The position numbers were made by a program, and so were the translations under genes. DNA of 28,559 bases, from assembly GCA_049599895.1 (NCBI GenBank), contig JBMYPC010000026.1, forward strand, positions 1-28,559, in the 5' to 3' direction. A model generated the notes under the pieces. The model ran no database searches, was not told where the DNA came from, and saw only the letters and a program-made list of their open reading frames with translations. The stretch comes from Bacteriovoracaceae bacterium (GTDB lineage Bacteria; Bdellovibrionota; Bacteriovoracia; Bacteriovoracales; Bacteriovoracaceae). Shown in pieces: positions 14,651 through 23,467 of the stretch (within the stretch, counting starts at the first letter, position 1; the number at the start of each line of letters is the position of its first letter).

Positions 14651-16499
14651 CAAAAAGTCTTTTTAATCCAGAGATTGTGTACCTTCTTGAAATGATCGTA
14701 AAGATGTCTCGATCCTTATCAGAGTTGATATCGCTATTTTTATATTCGTATTCTTTATCCATATAGCCAGCGCCTTCAACTTTGTTAGCACCGCCTGATT
14801 TTGATCCACCGAGATTAAAGTTAAAGTCGTTTTTCTTAGAAGATTTTCCTTTAAAACCGAGGCGTGAAGATGAGCCCATAATCCCTTGTTTGAGCTCTGC
14901 TTTCTGAGCAGCTTTCTTTAAAGCACTGGCAAGCTTTCCGCTTTGAGGTCTGGCTTCAAGAAGACTAGGAGCTTTAGAGGCTGCTGCCAGTTGATTTATT
15001 TTAGGTTTATTAAGTTTCTTTAAAAAAGCTTTTGTAAACTCAGCATCTTTAGGGAGTGGCTTTTTCCCTTCACTTCTTAGTTTTTTGTTCATCTTTTCAA
15101 CTAAGGCCTTTCTCGCTTTATTAGCACGAGCAAGTTGGTTTTGGACTGTATTAAGGTTTGCTGAACCTGGGGCAATTGTTCCGCCATTGATAGAATCAAG
15201 AGTGGAGGCCACTTGGGTAAACCCTAATGCATTGGCATTGCTCGGAAGGCTTGTGAAATTAGTGAATGTTTTTTTGCAGGCATTTTGTCCGTTAGCATCT
15301 TTAAACTTTTTACACTTACAGTTTTCATCATATTGATTATCAACTGTGTAGCAGCCAAGCTTTTGTTCACCATTAGGTCCATAATCACCTTTGTCGGCAA
15401 ACTTTAAACTTTCATTGGCGGACCATAAGGCCTGACAAGTTTCAGAGTTACTGCGATTGGAGTTTTGTTCTCCAGTATCTGTGTAACAATAGCATCTTGG
15501 CTCAGCAAGGTTATCTCGACCTTGGGGACAAAATTCGGCAACTGTCCCTTGGAACTCTTTCATAATCGCTTCAACTTTTTTGGCATTGGCCTTTGATTCT
15601 TCTTGTTGATCAGCAGCGGCTTTCGCCAGTTTATAAGTCAAAGTCAAAGAAACTCCTGAAACGATCATAATCATTAAAGGTGATCCAAAGCCAAAGCCTC
15701 CAATACTCGCAAGAGCATTTTTGACATCGCCAGTAGCACTTGAGTCAATCCCATCAGGTTTTTGAGCTGTTTCACCTTTTTCTTTGCCCCCACCTCCACA
15801 GCTTGGTTGGAACATGTCATAAACAGCAGCCGCTGCCGCGGCTGTATAACCTGCGGTGAGTACATAATAAGCTGTCTTTCTTTTTCCTGAATAATCAGCA
15901 ATCTTTTCTTGCTCATCCTTTAAAAATTGAAAGGCCCTAATCTGACTCGCATAAGGGTCTTCAAGAGCATCTTCTTTTTCATAATTCTCACGAAGTTCAT
16001 CTAATTGTTTTTTGGCCATGAATTTAAAATAAAGTTCAGAAAGAACTCCAACACCTGCTGTCCCTGCGAAAATATACTTACTGATACAACTTCCACCAGT
16101 TTGACCGACACCCATAAGATTAATTGTCACTAGAGCAAGGTTAATTCCTGAAAGACCAAGTCCCATCCAGGAATCATCTTCATCTCCCATCTCCCCTGTT
16201 TTACCTTTAGCAAAACGGTCGTTACAGGCCTTTCTTGAGTCGGCATCTTCAATGCCAGCACATTCTTGATATTCGTTTCTTTCATCAACGGATTTTTGTG
16301 TATAAATACAGCGACCTCTGGCAGGATCCCAGTTTCGATTTGGATCAGCATCACATTCTGATTGGCCAAGAGGGGTATAGCTATTAGCGGCTTTAACTCT
16401 ATCTCCTGTAGGATCAGAAGATTGCGCGAAAGCAGTGAGGCTTAAACTTTGAAGCCAGAAACAAAAAATAACAAAAAGCCGAAGAGTAGGGTTTTTCAT
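14640..16499 (-). CDS. secreted Cys-rich protein with internal hydrophobic helices and C-terminal IFxxISxRY motif
   Basis: 619 aa with signal peptide ...SLTAFA-Q, about four Gly/Ala-rich hydrophobic segments separated by charged helical stretches, a Cys cluster (CPQG...RCYCY...NCKC) and a Lys-rich tail. Confidence 0.85.
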   Translation of the reverse strand: MKNPTLRLFVIFCFWLQSLSLTAFAQSSDPTGDRVKAANSYTPLGQSECDADPNRNWDPARGRCIYTQKSVDERNEYQECAGIEDADSRKACNDRFAKGKTGEMGDEDDSWMGLGLSGINLALVTINLMGVGQTGGSCISKYIFAGTAGVGVLSELYFKFMAKKQLDELRENYEKEDALEDPYASQIRAFQFLKDEQEKIADYSGKRKTAYYVLTAGYTAAAAAAVYDMFQPSCGGGGKEKGETAQKPDGIDSSATGDVKNALASIGGFGFGSPLMIMIVSGVSLTLTYKLAKAAADQQEESKANAKKVEAIMKEFQGTVAEFCPQGRDNLAEPRCYCYTDTGEQNSNRSNSETCQALWSANESLKFADKGDYGPNGEQKLGCYTVDNQYDENCKCKKFKDANGQNACKKTFTNFTSLPSNANALGFTQVASTLDSINGGTIAPGSANLNTVQNQLARANKARKALVEKMNKKLRSEGKKPLPKDAEFTKAFLKKLNKPKINQLAAASKAPSLLEARPQSGKLASALKKAAQKAELKQGIMGSSSRLGFKGKSSKKNDFNFNLGGSKSGGANKVEGAGYMDKEYEYKNSDINSDKDRDIFTIISRRYTISGLKRLFDDE

Positions 16500-16613
16500 A
16501 TCTTCTATTCTAAAAGATATTGCAAGTTTAGGGTAGCTTTGAAATCCCGTATAACTAGCTAAATATCGAGAATGTAAAGTGTTTTACTCAGTTTCTTGGG
16601 CCTGGGCCTTCTC

Positions 16614-17315
16614 CTAGAGCTGCCCTAAATAACTGGCATGGGCGTTTTTAAACTGGATAAAGTCTGATGGGATTTTCTTTTTAAACCATTTTTTGATCAA
16701 GGGATGATCAAAGTCAAAAGAGTTTTCTATGATCCATTTCACTTCTTTTGGGGTGAGGTATTCGGCTTTTTTTATCCTTAATTGTTTTTGCTCAAGCTGC
16801 GGGTATTGCCAGAGCTTAAACTCGATAAGACCCTGACCGTAGCCTCTAAGCACAGTTTTAAGATCAGTCTTTCTTTCATATTGAATTCGTCCTTTATGAG
16901 TCAGAACTTGTACTCCAATGGGGAGAATTTTTCCAAGAGTACTTCCGCTGGCGTAATCGAGAGTGTGAGAGAGTTCGTGAACAAGTATTGCTCTTAGACC
17001 ATTATAAGAAAGGGTTTCATCAAGAAGCTTTTTATTCAGCCCAATATGATAGACAGGAGTTCCAAGAAAGACACGAGACCCACCAAAGTTCGAAGCTAAA
17101 TAAACAGTCTCTGATTCAATGAGATAGTATTTTATTTTGATTTTCTTTTTTTTGAGCGCTGAAAACTCGGTTTCAATAAGCTTTCCAACTATGGGGTCGA
17201 CTAATTGAAAAAGTTCAGAATCGTGAGTGAGAAACCTTTTTGAGGCCAAAAGATCACAGGAGAAAAACAAGAGAAAAGCACTGTACAGTGCTTGGTTGAT
17301 TAAAAACTTTCTCAT
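16614..17315 (-). CDS. exported HExxH zinc metallopeptidase-like protein (M48-like)
   Basis: 'LRAILVHELSHTLDY' plus downstream 'YERKTD' (ExxxD third-ligand pattern); N-terminal hydrophobic signal. Confidence 0.7.
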   Translation of the reverse strand: MRKFLINQALYSAFLLFFSCDLLASKRFLTHDSELFQLVDPIVGKLIETEFSALKKKKIKIKYYLIESETVYLASNFGGSRVFLGTPVYHIGLNKKLLDETLSYNGLRAILVHELSHTLDYASGSTLGKILPIGVQVLTHKGRIQYERKTDLKTVLRGYGQGLIEFKLWQYPQLEQKQLRIKKAEYLTPKEVKWIIENSFDFDHPLIKKWFKKKIPSDFIQFKNAHASYLGQL

Positions 17316-17343
17316 AAATGTTTATTGAAATTTTAACGTTTCT

Positions 17344-17394
17344 TGTCAAGAAACACCTCATCTTTTTGACAGAATGCGCGGTAATTATCAAAAT
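17344..17394. promoter_or_regulatory. back-to-back divergent sigma70-like promoters
   Basis: TTGACA on - (17344-17349, weak -10) and TTGACA on + (17366-17371), 17 nt, CAAAAT (17389-17394), 6 nt before the ATG at 17401. Confidence 0.45.
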
Positions 17395-17400
17395 TACCCT

Positions 17401-18096
17401 ATGTCTTTAAAAAACCTCTATAACGAATCCTTTCGAAACAGCACTTTGGAGTTTTCTCCATCAAAAGGGCTTTTGAATCTTTTAGAGCACAAACTTGCTC
17501 TGGATTACCTTTCGGAAAAAGAGGGAAGACCCTTCGATGTTCTTGAATGTGGGTGCGGTCCTGGAAGCCATTTTGCTTTTTGGGGACAAAAACCAATGGG
17601 AACTTCAGTTAATGCCTTTGATTGGTCCGAAGTTGTCATTGAAAAAGTAAAGAGTCTTGAAGCTTTTAACGAAGTGAACTTTGATGTTTTTGAAGCGGAT
17701 AGTTTTTCTTATCCTCTTAATTTTGACTTTATTTTAGATGCTCATCTTTTTCATTGTTTAATTGAAAAGGAGCAAAGAAAGAATTACTTAGAAAAAATAA
17801 AGTTTCATTTAAAACCTGGGGGATTCTTTTTTTCTGAAATGATGATTAGTCATAAAGGTCTTTATATTAATGACAACCCCGAAGTCTCTCTTTTAGATGA
17901 TCTTCTTTATTATCAAGGCCAAGCTCAGAGATATGTCCCTCATTCTCTCGATCTTGAAAAAGAGTTAATTGAGTCGGGACTTAAAATTGAGTTCTTTACA
18001 ATTCCTTATGGGCTTAGAATGGTCCCTATTCCCTATAGAGAAAAGGCCCTCTCTGGTGACCCTGAAGTTGTGAGGGTCATTATGAGAAAAGTTTAA
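17401..18096 (+). CDS. class I SAM-dependent methyltransferase
   Basis: Motif I VLECGCGPG, acidic AFDWS, FDFILDAHLFHCL and LKPGG. Start at 17401 or 17374. Confidence 0.88.
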   Translation: MSLKNLYNESFRNSTLEFSPSKGLLNLLEHKLALDYLSEKEGRPFDVLECGCGPGSHFAFWGQKPMGTSVNAFDWSEVVIEKVKSLEAFNEVNFDVFEADSFSYPLNFDFILDAHLFHCLIEKEQRKNYLEKIKFHLKPGGFFFSEMMISHKGLYINDNPEVSLLDDLLYYQGQAQRYVPHSLDLEKELIESGLKIEFFTIPYGLRMVPIPYREKALSGDPEVVRVIMRKV

Positions 18097-18109
18097 AAGA
18101 CAAGGTGAA

Positions 18110-18991
18110 ATGATGAATAACTTATCAGTGGAATCAGTTTCAAGTTTCTTTAGAGGTATTTGGGAAGTTTTCTCAACGCCTCTTTTTGAGCTTTCCGGAA
18201 ATCAGATTTCCGTTTTTTCGATCTTTGCTGCGATTGTCTTTTTTTATTTCTCATCAGTCGTATCAAAATATTCACAGAAGATTACCAGAAGATTTTTAGA
18301 GGGAAGACCAATTGATAAAGGAGTTAAAGGCTCTATCGTTAAAATTGTAGGCCATGTGGCCCAAGTCATTGGAATCCTGGTTGCCCTAGATATGATAGGG
18401 ATCAACTTAAGTTCTCTTGTGGCCATTGGAGGGGTACTTGCTGTTGGTATTGGTTTTGGTCTTCAAAACATCACACAAAACTTTATCTCAGGACTTATTA
18501 TTCTTTTTGAAAGACCCATTAAAAATGGTGATCTGGTTGAAGTTGACGGTGTCGTTGGAAGAGTGACTGAAATTGGATCAAGAAGTACTACTGTGACGAC
18601 TCGAGACGATGTTTCCATTATTGTCCCCAACTCGAAGTTTATTTCTGAAAGAGTTGTGAATGATAGTTTTTCTGGGGAGAGACGACGTTTTCGAGTTTCT
18701 GTTGGTGTTGCTTATGGCAGTGAAGTTGAAAAAGTTCGAAGTCTTTTAATTGAAGTGGCAAGTTCTCATGGAAAGGTTCTCAATAGTCCAAGGCCAGAGG
18801 TCTTTTTTCAAGATTTTGCTGATTCTTCACTTAATTTTGATCTTAACGTTTGGATTCAAGATTTGTGGGCCAGTGAACAGATTCTTTCTGATCTGAGGTT
18901 TAGTATCGACAAGGCCTTTAGGGATGGCCATGTCGAGATACCATTTCCTCAGAGAGATCTTCACATCAAATCTTCAAGTGTGAAGTTCTAA
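18110..18991 (+). CDS. mscS: small-conductance mechanosensitive channel family protein
   Basis: Three TM helices; VGIGFGLQNITQNFISGLIILFERPIKNGD, IIVPNS and IPFPQRDLHI motifs. Confidence 0.92.
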   Translation: MMNNLSVESVSSFFRGIWEVFSTPLFELSGNQISVFSIFAAIVFFYFSSVVSKYSQKITRRFLEGRPIDKGVKGSIVKIVGHVAQVIGILVALDMIGINLSSLVAIGGVLAVGIGFGLQNITQNFISGLIILFERPIKNGDLVEVDGVVGRVTEIGSRSTTVTTRDDVSIIVPNSKFISERVVNDSFSGERRRFRVSVGVAYGSEVEKVRSLLIEVASSHGKVLNSPRPEVFFQDFADSSLNFDLNVWIQDLWASEQILSDLRFSIDKAFRDGHVEIPFPQRDLHIKSSSVKF

Positions 18992-19006
18992 AGCTTAATT
19001 TTAATC

Positions 19007-19417
19007 TTATTCATGTGGTCTTTTAGAAAGCGGTCCGTTATCAGGATTTCTTTCATGAGGACGTCTCTCTTCAGGTGCTCTTTCATGTGGTGAGCGAGCA
19101 TTTGGAGAGTAAACATACTCGATATCTCCGGATCGAATAACTCGACCTGTGTTTAATCTGATATCTCTATTTCTCAGAAGTTTTGAAACGTCTTGAATTG
19201 ATCTTGTGGTTCCACTGATGTCTTTTACTGAAAATCTTTTACCGTAATAAGTTTCAAGAGCTGCAACTTTTGTATTTGATCTCGTTTCACTCACTTGAAG
19301 TCTTTTAAGAGCACTTCTTTTGTACTTTGAAAGAATATCGGCGTTCGCTGAACTGAGCGCAAAATAAGCGCTAACAAGAATAAGAACTTTTAAAGAATTT
19401 ACCACTAATGATTTCAT
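19007..19417 (-). CDS. small basic secreted protein with C-terminal P[HE]E(R) repeats
   Basis: ATG at 19417 with GGAG SD; signal peptide ...FALSSANA-D; 136 aa. The ORF-track extension to 19567 runs through the promoter and leader. Confidence 0.75.
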   Translation of the reverse strand: MKSLVVNSLKVLILVSAYFALSSANADILSKYKRSALKRLQVSETRSNTKVAALETYYGKRFSVKDISGTTRSIQDVSKLLRNRDIRLNTGRVIRSGDIEYVYSPNARSPHERAPEERRPHERNPDNGPLSKRPHE

Positions 19418-19440
19418 ACACACACTCCAAACCATAACGA

Positions 19441-19512
19441 ACGTGAGCTTCCTGCTACGTGGCCATCCTGCCAATTTGCGCTGATCTCTCCTTGGATCTG
19501 CAATCGTGCAGC
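19441..19512 (-). promoter_or_regulatory. 5' leader with tandem AGGA-loop hairpins (CsrA/RsmA-site-like)
   Basis: Minus strand GATC-CAAGGAGA-GATC, TGGC-AGGATG-GCCA and ACGTAGC-AGGAA-GCT(C)ACGT, preceded by CTGCA-CGAT-TGCAG. Confidence 0.5.
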
Positions 19513-19519
19513 CTATAAA

Positions 19520-19535
19520 TACAAGTCCTGTGCCA
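19520..19535 (-). promoter_or_regulatory. sigma54 (-24/-12)-like promoter, variant -12 TTGT
   Basis: Minus strand TGGCAC-AGGAC-TTGTA versus the consensus TGGCAC-N5-TTGC. Confidence 0.55.
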
Positions 19536-19635
19536 GAAAAGCTGTACCCTAACTTATTGGATTTCAATTAAGAATGTGGTGTCGTTTTGCCCCAGGGGGC
19601 ATTTTGCGCCCTGTCGAAAAGGCCAAAAGAGGCGT

Positions 19636-21681
19636 TTAGGCTTCTTCGTGGTCCGCTTGAGGGATAAGAGACTTTAAGAAAAACTCTAATCCTTCACCCT
19701 CTAGCTCACAAGTCTGATGACGGCAGACTTGCCATTTATCTGAATCAGTGCTTTGCGCTTCAAAGATAAAACGCGGCAGAAAGTAGGCCTTGAATTGTTG
19801 AAATTTCTCTTGATCGACCCATGAAGCTGGAAACTTCACCTTTCGGTAGGCTTCAATAGGGTAAACGAAACTTCTTAAGGCCTCACCACATGCTAATGGG
19901 TTCTTTAGGCAATGGTTCTTCCAAGTCTTAATAAGCTCAGAAAACTTCTGCTCATATTCTAGCTCTTCCCATAATAAGGAAGCCTTTCGAATAAGGCCTA
20001 TATAGGTTGAAAGGGGGGATTTGAATGAAGAGTCAAAACAGTCGAGCTCAGCATTGGGATGGCTGAAGCTTTCACTTAAGGCCGTTGGTCTTGTGAAGAT
20101 CTTATTGTCGTTGAGAAATGCTCGTTCAATTTCTTCCATAGACTCTTGGAAGTTCTTTCGAAAGACAGCATTGCCTGTCATTTCATAGAGTCTTAATTGT
20201 GTTTCAGCAAAGAACACATAGTCTTCAAAATAAGGGATCTTATGATCAAGAGTTGTGACGTGCTTGATCCTTAGTTTTTGCTCTTCTTTTTTGACAAGAA
20301 AGCTATTGAAGATTCCTTCAAGGTTTTCATTGATCATTTGAAAGGCCTTAACCTTAATCACTTGAACCGGGCAGTACTGAACAACATCAACAAGAGCACT
20401 GAGAATCATAAAGTTCCAGCTCGCAACACCTTTAGTATCTGTTTGAGGGGGAATTCGTTTTCTTCTATCTTCGCTGATAAGAGCGCGGACTTCTCGAATA
20501 ATATCCCAGTTCTCTGGTTTCATATACTCTTCAATCTGACCAGGATCGAGGGAGATGACATTGAGACCTTGTTCGAAGTTTCCTTCGGTCTTTAAACCAA
20601 GCCATTTAACAATGTCATCTTTTCTTTTTGAAAGTTCTTCATTCTCTTTAAGGAGTTCTTCAAACTCCTCAAGACTATAAGTAAAGTAGAGACCTTCATG
20701 CCCTTCACTGTCAGCGTCTTGAGCTGAGAAAAAATATTTCTCTTCTGAGAGCATTTCACTTGAAAGGTAATCGAGAGTGTTATTAAGAGCATCGAAAACC
20801 AGCGCTGAAGGATAGAGAAGACCAAGCTTACTCAAGGTTTTGAGATATCCTGCTTGATCATAGAGCATTTTTTCAAAGTGGGGCACGAGCCATTGATCAT
20901 CGACACTATAACGATGAATTCCACCACGAGCGTGATCACTGATTCCTCCTAAAAGCATATGCTCAAGAGTCTTAACGATGTGTTCACCTTTTTCTTTGGG
21001 GATCATTCCTTCGAGCATTTGCTCTAAGGCATATTCATAAAAAGAAAAGTTCGGAAACTTTGGTGCTTGGCCATAACCACCCCAAGTATTGTCTTGGTAC
21101 TGGTTGAGGGCATCAATGATGGCCTCGGGAGCTGGGAAATGTCCTGAGTACTGAACTTCGTCAGAAGGGATTAAACCATCCTTAATCTTTTCTGTGATAT
21201 TGTCGGCATTCTCATTGACTTGATCTGGATTTTCTTGATAGGCGCGACTAAGCTCACTTAGCATTTCCATAAAAGAAGGAGTGCCTCTATCGCTCGTTCT
21301 TTTTGGTGGAAAGTAAGTTCCAACAAAGTAGGGCTTAAGGTCCGTTGTGAGAAAAGCTGAAAGCGGCCAACCACCTGAACCTGTGTAGAGTTGAGAGGCC
21401 AATTGATAATATTGATCAAGGTCTGGGTATTCTTCTCGGTCAACTTTTATGCAGACGAAGTTTTCGTTCAAGAACTTTGCTGTCTCTTGGTTTTCAAAAC
21501 TTTCATGGGCCATAACGTGGCACCAATGACAGGAGGAATAGCCTATAGAGAGAAAGATGGGCTTATTTTCATTTTTTGATTTCTCAATTGCTTCTTGTCC
21601 ATAAGGATACCAATGAATGGGATTCTCAGCATGTTGTTTGAGATAGAGAGATTTTTCAGCACTAAGATGATTCTTAGACAT
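19636..21681 (-). CDS. thioredoxin-domain protein, YyaL/SSP411 (DUF255) family
   Basis: [63 protein letters not shown] and QDADSEG motifs. Confidence 0.95.
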   Translation of the reverse strand: MSKNHLSAEKSLYLKQHAENPIHWYPYGQEAIEKSKNENKPIFLSIGYSSCHWCHVMAHESFENQETAKFLNENFVCIKVDREEYPDLDQYYQLASQLYTGSGGWPLSAFLTTDLKPYFVGTYFPPKRTSDRGTPSFMEMLSELSRAYQENPDQVNENADNITEKIKDGLIPSDEVQYSGHFPAPEAIIDALNQYQDNTWGGYGQAPKFPNFSFYEYALEQMLEGMIPKEKGEHIVKTLEHMLLGGISDHARGGIHRYSVDDQWLVPHFEKMLYDQAGYLKTLSKLGLLYPSALVFDALNNTLDYLSSEMLSEEKYFFSAQDADSEGHEGLYFTYSLEEFEELLKENEELSKRKDDIVKWLGLKTEGNFEQGLNVISLDPGQIEEYMKPENWDIIREVRALISEDRRKRIPPQTDTKGVASWNFMILSALVDVVQYCPVQVIKVKAFQMINENLEGIFNSFLVKKEEQKLRIKHVTTLDHKIPYFEDYVFFAETQLRLYEMTGNAVFRKNFQESMEEIERAFLNDNKIFTRPTALSESFSHPNAELDCFDSSFKSPLSTYIGLIRKASLLWEELEYEQKFSELIKTWKNHCLKNPLACGEALRSFVYPIEAYRKVKFPASWVDQEKFQQFKAYFLPRFIFEAQSTDSDKWQVCRHQTCELEGEGLEFFLKSLIPQADHEEA

Positions 21682-21861
21682 GAGATGACCTTTTAGGGAG
21701 CAATGCCCGAAATTCTAATTTTCAAGTAAAAACAGTCTAGCATGATTTTTTTTCCATTGAATGTAGGAAAGTGTTCATTTTGCATACGGCTATTTGAAAA
21801 ATATTGAAATTTTTAGCAACCTAAGTGCTCATCGATGTCCTGGCCCTTTACGTAGGCCCAA

Positions 21862-22659
21862 ATGCCGTGTACAAAGCCCATCATGGTAAGAATATTGACT
21901 CATCGCATAGCCTTTTGGCTTGGACAGATCCGACTGGCATCCAATCCGTTATTGCTTGCGATCGCCCTGTTTCACATTCTCATTTTTGCTCTCTTTCTGA
22001 GATGGTCACCGATCTTTATGAACCTTGGAGATTATTCCAGGTCTCTTGGTCCAACCCAATATATTGAGCCAAGATATGATTTTGATTTTGGACACCAATT
22101 TAAAAATATTAAACTTACTGAAGCTTCGAACTTCTCAAAAGAGAAATTAGAGCTTCTTATTTTAAGTTCTGTTTCTCCGACTTTAAGAAAAAGATTGTCA
22201 CCACTTATCAAGGACGCTCTCATTTTATCTGAGCACTATAGTATTGATCCCTTTTGGTTCTTATCGGTAATGAAGGTGGAAAGTCATTTTAATCCGAAGG
22301 CCCTAAGTCGAGTCAAGGCCAAGGGTCTGATGCAGTTAATGCCATCAACTGCTCATGAGCTTTTTAGAAAACTCGATAATCCTGTTTCAAAGAAAGTCGC
22401 CGATCAATTGGTTTGGGATACTCAGGTGAATATGGAGCTTGGAGCATTCTATCTTAAAAAGCTTTTAAGAAGATTCAATTACAATTATAAGCTTGCCACC
22501 ATTGCCTATAATATGGGTCCAACCTGGGTGCGAAGAAGACTTCGAAAAAGTCAGCCGGTTGGAAGACGCAATCATTATTGGAACAAAGTCAATCGCACTT
22601 ATGGGCAAATCTCAAAAAATTTCAAACTGCGTTATACAAATATGACGTTTAAGCGCTAA
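21862..22659 (+). CDS. lytic transglycosylase (SLT domain), N-terminally membrane-anchored
   Basis: VESHFNP (catalytic Glu-Ser), GLMQLMP and AYNMG motifs; N-terminal hydrophobic helix. Start at 21862 or 21883. Confidence 0.9.
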   Translation: MPCTKPIMVRILTHRIAFWLGQIRLASNPLLLAIALFHILIFALFLRWSPIFMNLGDYSRSLGPTQYIEPRYDFDFGHQFKNIKLTEASNFSKEKLELLILSSVSPTLRKRLSPLIKDALILSEHYSIDPFWFLSVMKVESHFNPKALSRVKAKGLMQLMPSTAHELFRKLDNPVSKKVADQLVWDTQVNMELGAFYLKKLLRRFNYNYKLATIAYNMGPTWVRRRLRKSQPVGRRNHYWNKVNRTYGQISKNFKLRYTNMTFKR

Positions 22660-22765
22660 TTTCTTTTTTGATGCGCCCTGTCTTTTGGGGGATTCACCTT
22701 GAGAGAAAATACCCGATCTGTTAGCCTTGGGGGATGATTTTTCGATACATAAAAGGACTTAGGCT

Positions 22766-23467
22766 TTGAATGCAAACCTAGCACTTGTGATCGCCATCGA
22801 TGGCCCAAGCGGAAGTGGTAAGTCCACACTAGCTAAAATGCTCGCCGAGCACTTACAAGTAACATATATAGATACAGGGGCAATGTTTCGTGCAGTTGCC
22901 ACAGCCGCCCATGACAATGGTCTTGAGATTAATGACAGCACTGAGTTTCAAAACTTCGTTCAAGAACTCAATATTGAATACTGGGGAAAGCCCGAGCGTT
23001 TGATCTCGATTAATGGGATCGATCTGACCCATAAAATTCGAGAACATCATGTTTCGGCTCTTGCCTCAAAAGTTTCTCAAATTCCTTGTGTAAGAGAAAA
23101 GCTTTTAAAGTTTCAAAGATCATTCGCAAGCTCAAATGTTTGTGTCATGGAAGGTCGAGATATTGGAACGATTGTATTTCCCAATGCTTTTATTAAGTTT
23201 TTTGTAACAGCTTCAGTTGAGATTAGGGCCAGAAGAAGGCATGAGCAACTTGAGGCCAATGGAGAAACTGGCCTTACTCTTGAGCAAATTAAAGAAGATG
23301 TGCAAAGGCGAGATGAAACAGATCGAAAAAGAGATGTCGCTCCTTTAAAAGAAGCTGAAGATGCGATTCATTTTGATTCAACTGAACACAGTCTTGAAGA
23401 CAGTATTAAGGCCATGGTGGAGCAGGTAAAAGAAAGAGCTGGTTCGTTAGGAATTGAACTTAAGTAA
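22766..23467 (+). CDS. cmk: cytidylate kinase
   Basis: IAIDGPSGSGKST P-loop, YIDTGAMFR, MEGRDIGTIVFP and RRDETD..R..APL motifs. TTG start with AAGGA SD. Confidence 0.96.
   Translation: MNANLALVIAIDGPSGSGKSTLAKMLAEHLQVTYIDTGAMFRAVATAAHDNGLEINDSTEFQNFVQELNIEYWGKPERLISINGIDLTHKIREHHVSALASKVSQIPCVREKLLKFQRSFASSNVCVMEGRDIGTIVFPNAFIKFFVTASVEIRARRRHEQLEANGETGLTLEQIKEDVQRRDETDRKRDVAPLKEAEDAIHFDSTEHSLEDSIKAMVEQVKERAGSLGIELK

Noticed and set aside
16562..16590. Possible sigma28 promoter (TAAA...CTCGATAT) for the 619-aa gene
   Set aside because: The spacing is 12 nt rather than about 15, and the -10 match is weak.
19418..19567. 50-aa N-terminal extension of the 19007..19567 ORF
   Set aside because: The signal peptide and SD fit the ATG at 19417, and the extension covers the promoter and structured leader.
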